The notes beneath the pieces were generated by a model. That model saw only the letters and a list, made by a program, of their open reading frames with translations, ran no database searches and had not been told where the DNA came from. The position numbers and the translations under genes were made by a program. This document shows positions 8,544-17,804 of a DNA stretch of 64,000 nt, piece after piece; positions within the stretch are counted from its first letter, which is position 1, and the number at the start of each line of letters is the position of its first letter. Source of the DNA: Bacteroidales bacterium (lineage in GTDB: Bacteria; Bacteroidota; Bacteroidia; Bacteroidales; UBA12481); NCBI GenBank assembly GCA_028686135.1, contig JAQUCP010000013.1, positions 9,565 to 73,564 of the forward strand, written 5' to 3'.

Positions 8544-11026
8544 CAAAACGATTCATTCTGAGTCCGGTCAATGATCTCCTGCTGCAAATCATCATTCATG
8601 TCGTTGAAATAATCGCTATATCCAGCCATTCGAACGAGCAGGTCTTTGTACTCTTCAGGGTGCTTTTGGGCCAGCAGCAGCGTTGCCGTATCCACGATAT
8701 TGAACTGCACATGATGTCCACCCAAGGTGAAGTAACTCCGGATGAGCTGCCCCAGCTTGGCAATATCCTGATCACGCTTGAGCAGGCTGGGCAAGAACCG
8801 CAGGTTGAGCAGCGTGCCTCCCGACTTGGTCTGGTCAAGCTTCGACAGCGACCGGATGACAGCCGTCGGTCCGTTCGTGTCACAACCATGCGATGGGGAG
8901 GTGCCGTCCGAAATCGACTTCCCGGCCAACCGGCCATTGGGAGTGGCACCCAGAACCTTACCAAAATAGATATGACAGGTGGTCGAGAGCATGTTGATGT
9001 GGAAAGTCTCCCCCTTCGTATTGGGCTTACCATCAATGGCGCGGAACAGGTCATCATACACGCGGAGGGCGATTGAATCAGCGTATTCATCGTCATTTCC
9101 GAAGAATGGAGTCCGGTTCAGGATAAACTGACGCATCTTCTCCTCACCCTCGAAATTTCGGGCCACGGCAGAGAGCAGCTGATCCATTGCAAACGTCTTA
9201 TCTTCAAACACATGCTTCTTCAGTGTGGTCAGGCTGTCGGTCACCGTTCCCAGTCCGGTGCACTGGATATAGGTAGTATTATAGCGCGGGCCGGCATCGT
9301 AATAATCGCGCCCTTTAGCGATGCAATCGTCGATCACCACGGAGAGGAACGGTGCCGGAGCATATTTGGCAAACATCCTGTCGATGTAGTTGCTAACCCT
9401 GACCTTTTGGTCCACGATAAAGTCGAGCTGTTTCAGGAAAGCCTGGTACAGCTCTTCAAAATGTTTAAACTCTTTTGGATCGCCGCAATCGATTCCTGCG
9501 ATCTTGCCGGTGACCGGGTCAACACCCCGGTTCAGGGTGACTTCCAGGATCTTTGGAACGTTCAGGTAACCCGTCAACAGGTAGGCTTCCTTACCAAAAG
9601 CTCCTACCTCGATACATCCGCTGCAGCCCCCTTCACGGGCGTCCCGGATAGATTTACCCATGCCGATCATCTCCATGATATAGACATCCGGGTTAAATAC
9701 CGAAGGGTATCCATGTCCCTGGCGAATTACTCGGCAGGCGGCGTGGAGGAATCGATCGGGGGTTTTAGAGCTGATATGCACCGAGTTACCAGGCTGGAGA
9801 ATATGCAGTTCCTCGATCACCTCAAGCATCAGATAGGATACCTCGCTCACACCATCGGATCCATCGGGTTTAACTCCGCCGATATTGATATTGGTAAAAT
9901 CGTTATAGGTGCCACTTTCGCGGGCGGTGATGCCCACTTTTGGCGGCGCAGGGTGGTTATTTACCTTGATCCAGAAGCAAGAGAGCAACTCTTTGGCCTC
10001 ATCTCGGGTAAGCTGTCCGGATGCGATCTCCTGCTCAAAGAACGGAGCCAGGTGCTGGTCGAAGTGGCCCGGGTTCATGGCATCCCAGCCATTCAGTTCG
10101 GTGATAATACCCAGATGAACAAACCAGTACATCTGGATTGCCTCCCAGAAGTTTCTTGGAGCGTTGGCAGGCACCCACCGGCACACTTCGGCAATCTTCT
10201 CCAGCTCTTTTTTGCGAGTGGGATTGGATTCTGTTGCGGCCATCTGTTCGGCCAGATCGGCGTGACGGTTAGCAAAGATCACCATGGCATCACAGGCCAT
10301 ATCCATAGCCAGCAGCTCTTCAGCCTTATCCGTGGCTTCCGGATCATTCAGATAATCAAGCGAATCACGATGTGCACGGATCCTGGCCTGAAAATCCTTC
10401 ATCCCCATCTGATAGATTTTCCCATCGAGAGCAGTATGCCCGGGAGCCCGCTGCTCCATAAATTCGGTGAAGATCCCCGCCTCATAGGCAGCTTTCCACT
10501 CCGTGGGGACATGTTTGAAAATTCGCTCACGCATGGTGCGACCTTTCCAATAGGGGATGACCTCACGTTCGTATATCTTAATATCCTCAGGATCAACCAA
10601 ATATCGCTGTTGGTCGCGTGTGTTAAGCACCTCGAAATCCTCCACAGAATGACAGTTCAGCTCCGGGAAAGTAGGCACAGCTTTCGGTTTTGGGCCCCGT
10701 TCCCCGACGATCAGCTCATCATCACCGATATAGATGGTTTTCCGGGTGCAATGGTCAACAAACTGGAGTGCCCGCATCACCGGAACAGAGTACTTTCCGC
10801 CATACTCCTTGTAAAAGGCGGTCTGGTGAAGAGCGCGTTCAATACTGATGCTGGCAGGAGTTTCTACGCTGAGCTTCCTCAGCCGCTGAATACGAGGATT
10901 CATTCCCGGGCTCGTGGAGCCGGATTTGGAATCATAAAAGTTACCCTCCGAATTTGGCTGGCGCTCGGCCAGGCAGGTCAATTCAGACTCGTTGGAAGGA
11001 TCCGTGATCGGTTGTTGTGCGTTCAT
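8543..11026 (-). CDS. Glycyl radical enzyme of the PFL2/glycerol-dehydratase-like (C-x-E eliminase) branch; substrate unassigned
   Basis: The 827-aa protein has the C-terminal glycyl motif LLVRMAGYSDYF (Gly802 is the complement of 8621-8623). The Cys loop is EGGCSGCIEVG (Cys471/Glu473). The overall sequence resembles the C. butyricum DhaB1-type enzyme as I recall it. Confidence 0.88.
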   Translation of the reverse strand: MNAQQPITDPSNESELTCLAERQPNSEGNFYDSKSGSTSPGMNPRIQRLRKLSVETPASISIERALHQTAFYKEYGGKYSVPVMRALQFVDHCTRKTIYIGDDELIVGERGPKPKAVPTFPELNCHSVEDFEVLNTRDQQRYLVDPEDIKIYEREVIPYWKGRTMRERIFKHVPTEWKAAYEAGIFTEFMEQRAPGHTALDGKIYQMGMKDFQARIRAHRDSLDYLNDPEATDKAEELLAMDMACDAMVIFANRHADLAEQMAATESNPTRKKELEKIAEVCRWVPANAPRNFWEAIQMYWFVHLGIITELNGWDAMNPGHFDQHLAPFFEQEIASGQLTRDEAKELLSCFWIKVNNHPAPPKVGITARESGTYNDFTNINIGGVKPDGSDGVSEVSYLMLEVIEELHILQPGNSVHISSKTPDRFLHAACRVIRQGHGYPSVFNPDVYIMEMIGMGKSIRDAREGGCSGCIEVGAFGKEAYLLTGYLNVPKILEVTLNRGVDPVTGKIAGIDCGDPKEFKHFEELYQAFLKQLDFIVDQKVRVSNYIDRMFAKYAPAPFLSVVIDDCIAKGRDYYDAGPRYNTTYIQCTGLGTVTDSLTTLKKHVFEDKTFAMDQLLSAVARNFEGEEKMRQFILNRTPFFGNDDEYADSIALRVYDDLFRAIDGKPNTKGETFHINMLSTTCHIYFGKVLGATPNGRLAGKSISDGTSPSHGCDTNGPTAVIRSLSKLDQTKSGGTLLNLRFLPSLLKRDQDIAKLGQLIRSYFTLGGHHVQFNIVDTATLLLAQKHPEEYKDLLVRMAGYSDYFNDMNDDLQQEIIDRTQNESF

Positions 11027-11267
11027 TTAACATTTTTTATCAATTGCTTTCATCGGGCAAAATCACCAACTAAACCCATTTGGGGGAAAAAGTACAGGCA
11101 TGGGGAAAGGCACGCTAAACCAACGCTATACCATCAGACAGCGAAAAAGGCGACGATAGGCCTTAAGAAGAGTACTATGAGTGTACGGTGCCATACAAGG
11201 CAAAATTACGAAAAAATTGATAACTCTTTTTCCTATCTTGCACGATAAAACAAATTGCACCATTCTT

Positions 11268-13421
11268 ATGAAAAAACTGACCTCTTTATTCGTAGGTATT
11301 TTGCTGATCTTTAGTACTTCAGCAAAGGCTGACGAGGGCATGTGGCTTCTGCCTTTAATTCAGAAACTGAATATGGCCAGAATGACCGAGCTAGGCCTTC
11401 AACTGACAGCCGAAGACATTTACAGTATCAACAACTCCAGCATTAAGGATGCCATCGTCATTTTTGGTGGTGGGTGTACCGGTGAGATCGTATCTGACCA
11501 AGGATTGTTGCTGACGAACCACCACTGTGGTTATGGTTCTATCCAGTCGCATTCAACCGTGGAGCATGACTACCTCACCAATGGTTTCTGGGCTATGTCG
11601 AAAGAGGAGGAACTCCCGACACCAGGCCTGGCTGTGACGTTCCTGGATTACATTGAAGATGTTACCGAACGAGTCAATGCCAAGCTGAACGACAACATGA
11701 CAGAACAGGAGCGTGCCAACGCCATTCGCCAGGAATCACAGGCCATCCAAGCCGAAGTCGAAACCAACCAGTTCCGCTCCGCCAGGGTGCAGGCCTTTTA
11801 CGGCGGCAACCAGTTCTTCCTGCTTGTTTACACCCAATACCGCGATGTTCGTATGGTGGGAGCTCCCCCGAGCTCCGTCGGCAAGTTCGGTGCTGACACC
11901 GACAACTGGATGTGGCCCCGCCAAACGGGCGACTTCTCTGTATTTCGCGTCTATATGTCAAAAGACGGCCAACCAGCAACTTACGCCCCGGATAACGTTC
12001 CGCTGAAACCTAAACACTACTTGCCGGTTTCGGTAAAAGGAGTGAAAGAAGGCGACTTCTCCATGGTTCTGGGTTATCCCGGAGGAACAACCCGGTATAT
12101 GACCTCCTTCGAAGTGGAAGATGAACTGAAACACCTCCACCCAAACCGTATTAAGATCCGGAATATCAGGCAGGAAATTATGCTCGCCGATATGCTCGCC
12201 GATCAGAAAGTAAAAATTCAATACTCATCAAAGTATTCAGGATCAACGAACTACTACAAATTCTCCATCGGGCAGTCTGCCAGTCTCAAACGGATGAAGG
12301 TGGCCGACAAAAAACGCGCTCTTGAAGAGCAGTTTGTACAATGGATCGCCAAAGATGCCGGCCTGCAAAATAAATACGGAGAAGCCCTGCCATTGATTAA
12401 AAATGCCATCGAAGGTCGGGAAATGTATAACCATGTCAATCAATACTTCTCCGAAAGCCTGCAAAGAGGAACTGAAATCATCAGCTTTGCCGGCCAGCTG
12501 GATGGCGCCCTCTCACGTATCTTGGAAAACGAAAAAGATCCTGAAAAAATTAAGGCATCGACCGATCGGATTAAGAATAACCTCGATGGGATGTTCAAAG
12601 ATTATAATATGCCAACCGACCATAAGATCACGGTGGCGATGTTCAAAGTCTTTGCCGAAGATATCGATCCTGAATTCCACCCCGATGTGTATCAATTGAT
12701 CGCCAAAAAGTATAAGGGCGATTCAAAACGGTTCGTGGATAAGATGTTCGAAACATCCATCTTCTGCGATCAGGATAAACTGATGGCTTTCTTGGATAAT
12801 CCCAGCAAAAAAGTGCTCGATAAAGACCTCGCTGTCATTGCCGCACGCTCCATCAACCAAAAAGCTGGCGAAGTCAGAAGAGAAGCAGGTCAATTCAGCA
12901 CCGACCTGGCTCGCGGACAGCGCCTCTGGATCGATGGACTGATGAAAATGCAGAAAGACCGCGTCTTCTATCCGGATGCCAATTTCACCATGAGGATGAC
13001 CTACGGATCAGTTCTCTCCTATGAACCCCAGGATGCCGTAGTGTACAAGTACTACACCACCCTCGACGGCGTGATGCAGAAAGAGGTTCCGGGCGACTGG
13101 GAATTTGATGTGCCGCAAAAACTGAAAGACCTGTATAATGCCAAAGATTATGGCATCTACGGCGAAGGCGACGTCATGAAAGTATGCTTCATCTCCAATA
13201 ATGATATCACCGGCGGTAATTCCGGATCCCCTGTCCTCAATGCTAAAGGTGAACTGATCGGACTGGCATTCGACGGTAACTGGGAAGCTATGAGCGGCGA
13301 TATCGCTTTCGAGCCAGACCTGCAGCGTACCATCAGCGTCGATGTCCGGTACGTCCTATTCATCATGGATAAATATGCCGGAGCTAAACATCTCGTCGAT
13401 GAGATGACCTTGGCCTATTAG
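11268..13421 (+). CDS. S46-family dipeptidyl-peptidase (DPP7/DPP11-like serine peptidase)
   Basis: The signal peptide MKKLTSLFVGILLIFSTSAKA is followed by the mature N-terminus DEGMWL. It has LLTNHHCG (catalytic His) and DITGGNSGSPVLN (catalytic Ser). The ATG at 11268 is preferred over the track start at 11181. Confidence 0.88.
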   Translation: MKKLTSLFVGILLIFSTSAKADEGMWLLPLIQKLNMARMTELGLQLTAEDIYSINNSSIKDAIVIFGGGCTGEIVSDQGLLLTNHHCGYGSIQSHSTVEHDYLTNGFWAMSKEEELPTPGLAVTFLDYIEDVTERVNAKLNDNMTEQERANAIRQESQAIQAEVETNQFRSARVQAFYGGNQFFLLVYTQYRDVRMVGAPPSSVGKFGADTDNWMWPRQTGDFSVFRVYMSKDGQPATYAPDNVPLKPKHYLPVSVKGVKEGDFSMVLGYPGGTTRYMTSFEVEDELKHLHPNRIKIRNIRQEIMLADMLADQKVKIQYSSKYSGSTNYYKFSIGQSASLKRMKVADKKRALEEQFVQWIAKDAGLQNKYGEALPLIKNAIEGREMYNHVNQYFSESLQRGTEIISFAGQLDGALSRILENEKDPEKIKASTDRIKNNLDGMFKDYNMPTDHKITVAMFKVFAEDIDPEFHPDVYQLIAKKYKGDSKRFVDKMFETSIFCDQDKLMAFLDNPSKKVLDKDLAVIAARSINQKAGEVRREAGQFSTDLARGQRLWIDGLMKMQKDRVFYPDANFTMRMTYGSVLSYEPQDAVVYKYYTTLDGVMQKEVPGDWEFDVPQKLKDLYNAKDYGIYGEGDVMKVCFISNNDITGGNSGSPVLNAKGELIGLAFDGNWEAMSGDIAFEPDLQRTISVDVRYVLFIMDKYAGAKHLVDEMTLAY

Positions 13422-13480
13422 GACCATCTAATTAACTCAGAAGGAATTAGGTTAAGCAAAAAACATATTTTGAATCTGAT

Positions 13481-14053
13481 ATGAAAATTAATCTGGTTGA
13501 TATCCTGACTGTTTTTATGGTCATGTTTGCCGTGATTGATATTCTTGGAAGCATTCCTATCATTCTGAGTATTAAAGCAAAAGGAGGCAAGATAAAAGCC
13601 GGCCAGGCGACATTCGTGTCCCTGGCCGTCTTCCTCGCCTTCCTGTTTGTCGGAGAACAAATTCTCGGCCTGTTTGGCGTTGATGTCTCTTCCTTTGCCA
13701 TTGCAGGATCATTAATCATCTTTATCATGGCATTGGAGATGCTCCTTGGACACGAATTTTTTAAAAATGACGCTCCCGAAGGAGCCTCCATCGTGCCCAT
13801 CGCCTTCCCCCTGATCGCTGGTGCCGGATCTATTACCACCCTAATCTCCCTTCGGTCGCAATACGATTATATTAACATCATTATCGCCCTGATCCTTAAC
13901 ATGATAGTGGTTTACATCGTCCTCAAAGCGACCTATCGATTCGAGCGTTTCCTCGGTCCGACAGGACTGGTGATTTTGAAGAAGTTTTTCGGGATTATCC
14001 TGTTGGCCATTGGAATCAAGCTGTTCATCTCAAATACCGGGATACAGATTTAG
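13481..14053 (+). CDS. MarC-family (UPF0056/NAAT) integral membrane protein
   Basis: The 190-aa protein has six hydrophobic segments. It carries FAIAGSLIIF and PIAFPLIAGAGSIT motifs typical of the MarC family. Confidence 0.75.
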   Translation: MKINLVDILTVFMVMFAVIDILGSIPIILSIKAKGGKIKAGQATFVSLAVFLAFLFVGEQILGLFGVDVSSFAIAGSLIIFIMALEMLLGHEFFKNDAPEGASIVPIAFPLIAGAGSITTLISLRSQYDYINIIIALILNMIVVYIVLKATYRFERFLGPTGLVILKKFFGIILLAIGIKLFISNTGIQI

Positions 14054-14129
14054 TGCAGGAGAGCGGAGGAGGGATACCGCCAGCTCCTGATTCATCCCGA
14101 AATTTTTCCAGAAGGGGCAGGAGGGAATC

Positions 14130-14609
14130 ATGAAAATTACCATTCACACGGACGGAGCAGCGAGGGGAAATCCCGGGCCAGGCGGCTACGGGGTGGTGCT
14201 CCAGGCGGGCAATCATCGTAAAGAGCTGTCGGCCGGATACCGTCTGACCACCAATAACCGGATGGAGCTGCTGGCGGTCATCGTTGGGCTGGAAGCCCTG
14301 AAAAAAGAGAATCGCGAAGTCACCATCTATACTGATTCACGCTATGTTGCAGATGCGGTTGAAAAAGGATGGGTCTTCACCTGGGAGCGTAATCAGTTCA
14401 AAAAGAAGAAGAACCCTGACCTCTGGCAACGGTTTCTTGAGGTGTACCGGCAACACCGGGTCCGGTTTGTCTGGGTCAAAGGACATGCCGATCATGTCGA
14501 AAATATTCGATGTGACCAATTGGCTGTGGAAGCTTCCAATCGCAAGGAGCTGCTGGCGGATACCGTTTATGAGTCAGGCCTCGCAGCAGATCAGGGAAAT
14601 CTTTTTTAA
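14130..14609 (+). CDS. rnhA: Ribonuclease HI
   Basis: The protein has MKITIHTDGAARGNPGPGGYG, NNRMELLAV, IYTDSRYV and VKGHADHVENIRCDQLA, covering the DEDD catalytic positions. Confidence 0.9.
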   Translation: MKITIHTDGAARGNPGPGGYGVVLQAGNHRKELSAGYRLTTNNRMELLAVIVGLEALKKENREVTIYTDSRYVADAVEKGWVFTWERNQFKKKKNPDLWQRFLEVYRQHRVRFVWVKGHADHVENIRCDQLAVEASNRKELLADTVYESGLAADQGNLF

Positions 14610-14653
14610 CTTGCGCAACTCATAGTTCTTATCATTTTACAAACAGAACCCAT

Positions 14654-17600
14654 ATGAATTTCAACCGGATCAACAACATAATCGGCTGGGTAGTGTTCGC
14701 TATCGCTGCGCTGGTTTATCTCATGACCATTGAACCCACGGCTTCCTTCTGGGATTGTGGTGAGTTTATTGCCACTGCCCAGAATATGGAGATCGGGCAC
14801 CCCCCGGGCGCTTCCTTTTGGATGCTGCTGGGAAAATTCTTTTCTCTGTTTGCCTTTGGTAATGGTATGGCTGTGGCGAAAACCATGAATATCATGTCGG
14901 CACTCGCCTCCGCCTTCACCATCCTGTTCCTGTTCTGGACGATCACCCACTTGGCACGGAAAATATTCGCAAAAGAACCTAAACTATCTCAAGGTCAGCT
15001 CTTTGCAATCATGGGAGCAGGCGTTGTCGGAGCTCTGGCTTATACTTTCTCCGATTCATTTTGGTTCAGCGCTGTCGAGGCCGAAGTGTACGCCATGTCA
15101 TCCCTCTTTACCGCTGCCGTATTCTGGGCAATCCTTAAATGGGAAAGCGTGGCTGATGAACCGGGAAGCGACCGGTGGCTACTCCTAATCGCCTATCTGA
15201 TGGGCCTCTCCATCGGCGTTCATATTCTGAACCTGTTGGCTGCCCCGGCTATCGTGCTGGTTTATTACTACAAAAGATATCCGGTTACCCGCAAAGGCGT
15301 GGCAACCGCCCTCCTTGCCTCGGTGCTGCTGCTGGCGATCATGCTCTATGGCGTCATCCAGCTTACCCTCAAAATTGCCACCTGGTTTGAGTTGTTCTTC
15401 GTCAATACAGTGGGACTCCCCTATAATGCTGGCGCCATTATTTTCCTTATTCTCTTGATCGCCGCTCTTGCCTACGCGGTCATCCGTAGTCAGCAAACCG
15501 GTAAAGTGATCCTCAAAACACTGCCACTGAACACCGTGTTCCTGATGGTCACCTTCATCATGATCGGATACTCCTCCATCCTGATTATCCCGATCCGTTC
15601 GGCAGCAAACCCTCCACTGGATGAGAATAACCCCGATAACACCCTTAGCCTCCTCTCTTACGTCAACCGCGAAGTGTATGGCCAACGACCCCTGATCTAT
15701 GGTGAGTATTTCAACGCGCCGGTTGAGAATTATAAGGATGGGAAAAATATTTATTACAAAAAGGATGGAAAATATGCCGTAGCGGATACCCGCACAAAAT
15801 ACGAGTACGACAAACGGTTCATGACCCTATTCCCAAGGATGTACAACAGCCAAGATCCAAGGTATGCTCAGGATTACAAAAACTGGGGCAAGATCAAGGG
15901 AAGACCTGTCACCGTCGCCGGAATGGACGGCCAAAATGAGATTCGAAACGTGCCTACCTTCGGTGAAAACCTGCGGTTCTTTATTAATTACCAGCTCGGC
16001 CATATGTATTTCCGGTATTTCATGTGGAACTTTGCCGGTCGGCAGAATGATGAACAGGGATTCGGCGATATCCGTAACGGGAACTGGATCACCGGTATCA
16101 AATTCCTCGATGCCATGCGATTGGGACCCCAGGATAACCTCCCAAAAAGCGTCACTGAAAACAAAGGACGAAACAAATACTTTGCTCTCCCGCTGATCCT
16201 CGGACTCATAGGTGCCTGGTTCTTCTTCAAGCGTGAGAAGAAGGGGTTCTGGATTGTCACCCTGCTGTTTGTCATGACGGGGATTGCCATCATCGTCTAT
16301 TTAAATGAGGTACCTCGAACGCCCAGGGAACGGGATTATGTCTATGTCGGGTCCTTTTACGCTTTCTCCATCTTTATTGGGATGGGTGTTCTCTATCTTT
16401 TTGATCTATTGAACAAAAAGCTCAAGACTAGCCTCTCAGCAGTAATCGCCACCGTGGCAGCCCTTGCCTTGGTGCCGGGGATCATGGCTGCAGAAAACTG
16501 GGACGATCACGACCGCTCCGGGCGCTACACCTCCCATGATTTTGCCTATAACTATCTCATTGGCCTGGATGAAAACGCCCTGATCTTTACTAACGGCGAT
16601 AACGACACCTTCCCGCTATGGTACATCCAGGAAATAGAAGGATTGCGTACTGATGTTAGAGTGTGCTGTATGCCTTTCCTTCCTCAGGATTGGTATATCG
16701 ACCAACTAAAAAGGAAATATTACGAATCAGAACCGCTGCCCCTCTCGATGGAATTTGAGCAGTACCGCCAGGGTAAGCGGGGGTTGGTTCCCATCATCGA
16801 CCGGGTGAAACGACCTACCAGTCTGAAGCAGGTCATGGAATTTGCCCTAAGCGATGATCCTGGTGCTATGGTACCCTCCAGCACCGGCCGACAGTTTAAC
16901 TATCTCCCCGCCGGCACCTTTGTGATCCCTGTTGATCGTGAAAAAGTCGTCGCCAATGGTACCGTCAGCCCCGAACGAGCCGCCGAAATCGATTCCGTCA
17001 TCGTCTGGAGCATGCTACGCGAAGGCGAAGAGCAGGGTAATGTCTATAAAGATGAGTTTGTGATGCTCGACATCCTGGCTCATAACGACTGGGAAAGGCC
17101 ACTATACTATACCACTCCCGGACAATCTGGTTCAGTAAAACTGGATAACTACCTGGAACTCCATGGGTTAAGCTTCCGGCTCATCCCCATCAGGGGCGAA
17201 CGCGCAACCTCCCTTGATGGCCAAGTAAATACCACCATCCTGTACGACAATCTGATGAACAAATTCCGGTACACTAACTTCAACAACCCTAAGGTGTACC
17301 AGGATGAGAACTGCCGCCGGATGATGCAAAACCTGAAAAACAATTTTAACCGCCTGGCTGAAACCCTGATCGTAGAGGGCCAACCGAATAAAGCAGTTGA
17401 GGTACTCACCAAGCTCGAGGAGGTCATTCCAAAGGATGTCCTGGGTTATACCTATCTGGATGTTGACAATGTGGATCTGTGGTATCAGGCTGGTGACCGA
17501 ACCAGGGGGCTGATGGAAGCCAGGAATGTTTTTGAATATATACGGGATCAAATGGATTACTTCATGAATCTCCCGTCAAGATACGTGCTGGCCATGAACC

Positions 17601-17752
17601 AGGATATTCAGTTCACCTTCGCCTATGAACTACAGCCCCTGCTTCAAATCCTGGAGAAGCATGACGAACAGGAGCTTTACAAAGAGGTAGAAGCCAAGTT
17701 CAACGATTATTACAACCGCTATCTGACCCTGACAGGTAGTGGGCGCCGATAA
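14654..17752 (+). CDS. DUF2723-family polytopic membrane protein (TMEM260/PMT-like putative glycosyltransferase; labelled GT117 in some databases, from memory)
   Basis: The 1032-aa protein starts ...EPTASFWDCGEFIATAQNMEIGHPPGA. It has about 10 or more TM segments followed by a large soluble C-terminal region. Confidence 0.7.
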   Translation: MNFNRINNIIGWVVFAIAALVYLMTIEPTASFWDCGEFIATAQNMEIGHPPGASFWMLLGKFFSLFAFGNGMAVAKTMNIMSALASAFTILFLFWTITHLARKIFAKEPKLSQGQLFAIMGAGVVGALAYTFSDSFWFSAVEAEVYAMSSLFTAAVFWAILKWESVADEPGSDRWLLLIAYLMGLSIGVHILNLLAAPAIVLVYYYKRYPVTRKGVATALLASVLLLAIMLYGVIQLTLKIATWFELFFVNTVGLPYNAGAIIFLILLIAALAYAVIRSQQTGKVILKTLPLNTVFLMVTFIMIGYSSILIIPIRSAANPPLDENNPDNTLSLLSYVNREVYGQRPLIYGEYFNAPVENYKDGKNIYYKKDGKYAVADTRTKYEYDKRFMTLFPRMYNSQDPRYAQDYKNWGKIKGRPVTVAGMDGQNEIRNVPTFGENLRFFINYQLGHMYFRYFMWNFAGRQNDEQGFGDIRNGNWITGIKFLDAMRLGPQDNLPKSVTENKGRNKYFALPLILGLIGAWFFFKREKKGFWIVTLLFVMTGIAIIVYLNEVPRTPRERDYVYVGSFYAFSIFIGMGVLYLFDLLNKKLKTSLSAVIATVAALALVPGIMAAENWDDHDRSGRYTSHDFAYNYLIGLDENALIFTNGDNDTFPLWYIQEIEGLRTDVRVCCMPFLPQDWYIDQLKRKYYESEPLPLSMEFEQYRQGKRGLVPIIDRVKRPTSLKQVMEFALSDDPGAMVPSSTGRQFNYLPAGTFVIPVDREKVVANGTVSPERAAEIDSVIVWSMLREGEEQGNVYKDEFVMLDILAHNDWERPLYYTTPGQSGSVKLDNYLELHGLSFRLIPIRGERATSLDGQVNTTILYDNLMNKFRYTNFNNPKVYQDENCRRMMQNLKNNFNRLAETLIVEGQPNKAVEVLTKLEEVIPKDVLGYTYLDVDNVDLWYQAGDRTRGLMEARNVFEYIRDQMDYFMNLPSRYVLAMNQDIQFTFAYELQPLLQILEKHDEQELYKEVEAKFNDYYNRYLTLTGSGRR

Positions 17753-17804
17753 GCCTGGATTTCAGGGATTGCCTCCGTGGCCTGACCGGCTGGAAAGGTT
17801 GGCA

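Noticed and set aside
9212-11248. A very long (678-codon) open frame on the + strand, antisense to the GRE gene and extending past its start codon
   Set aside because: Its translation has no recognisable motifs. The opposite strand encodes a full-length GRE with all hallmark motifs. I interpret it as a stop-poor shadow frame produced by the sense-strand codon pattern. Ribosome profiling would be needed to revive it.
11181-11267. Extended N-termini offered by the ORF track (1214, 11181, 25149, 28490, 30775, 35628, 45389, 47429, 52134, 53634, 58038 and 58466)
   Set aside because: Several problems apply to different members of this set. Some begin at TTG or GTG codons. Some run through a TAnnTTTG promoter box. 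One would overlap the upstream gene (45389 against the catalase gene). Others place extra residues ahead of an obvious signal peptide or lipobox. Downstream ATGs give canonical N-termini. The starts remain inferences.
7623-13421. The idea that the GRE belongs to a bacterial microcompartment locus
   Set aside because: There are no BMC-H, BMC-T or BMC-P shell genes and no PduL, PduP or EutD-type enzymes anywhere in the 64 kb. The flanking genes are a two-component system and a peptidase.
14058-14092. An imperfect hairpin (CAGGAG...CTCCTG) after the MarC-family gene, considered as a terminator
   Set aside because: The stem is interrupted and no U-tract follows, so it is too weak to call.
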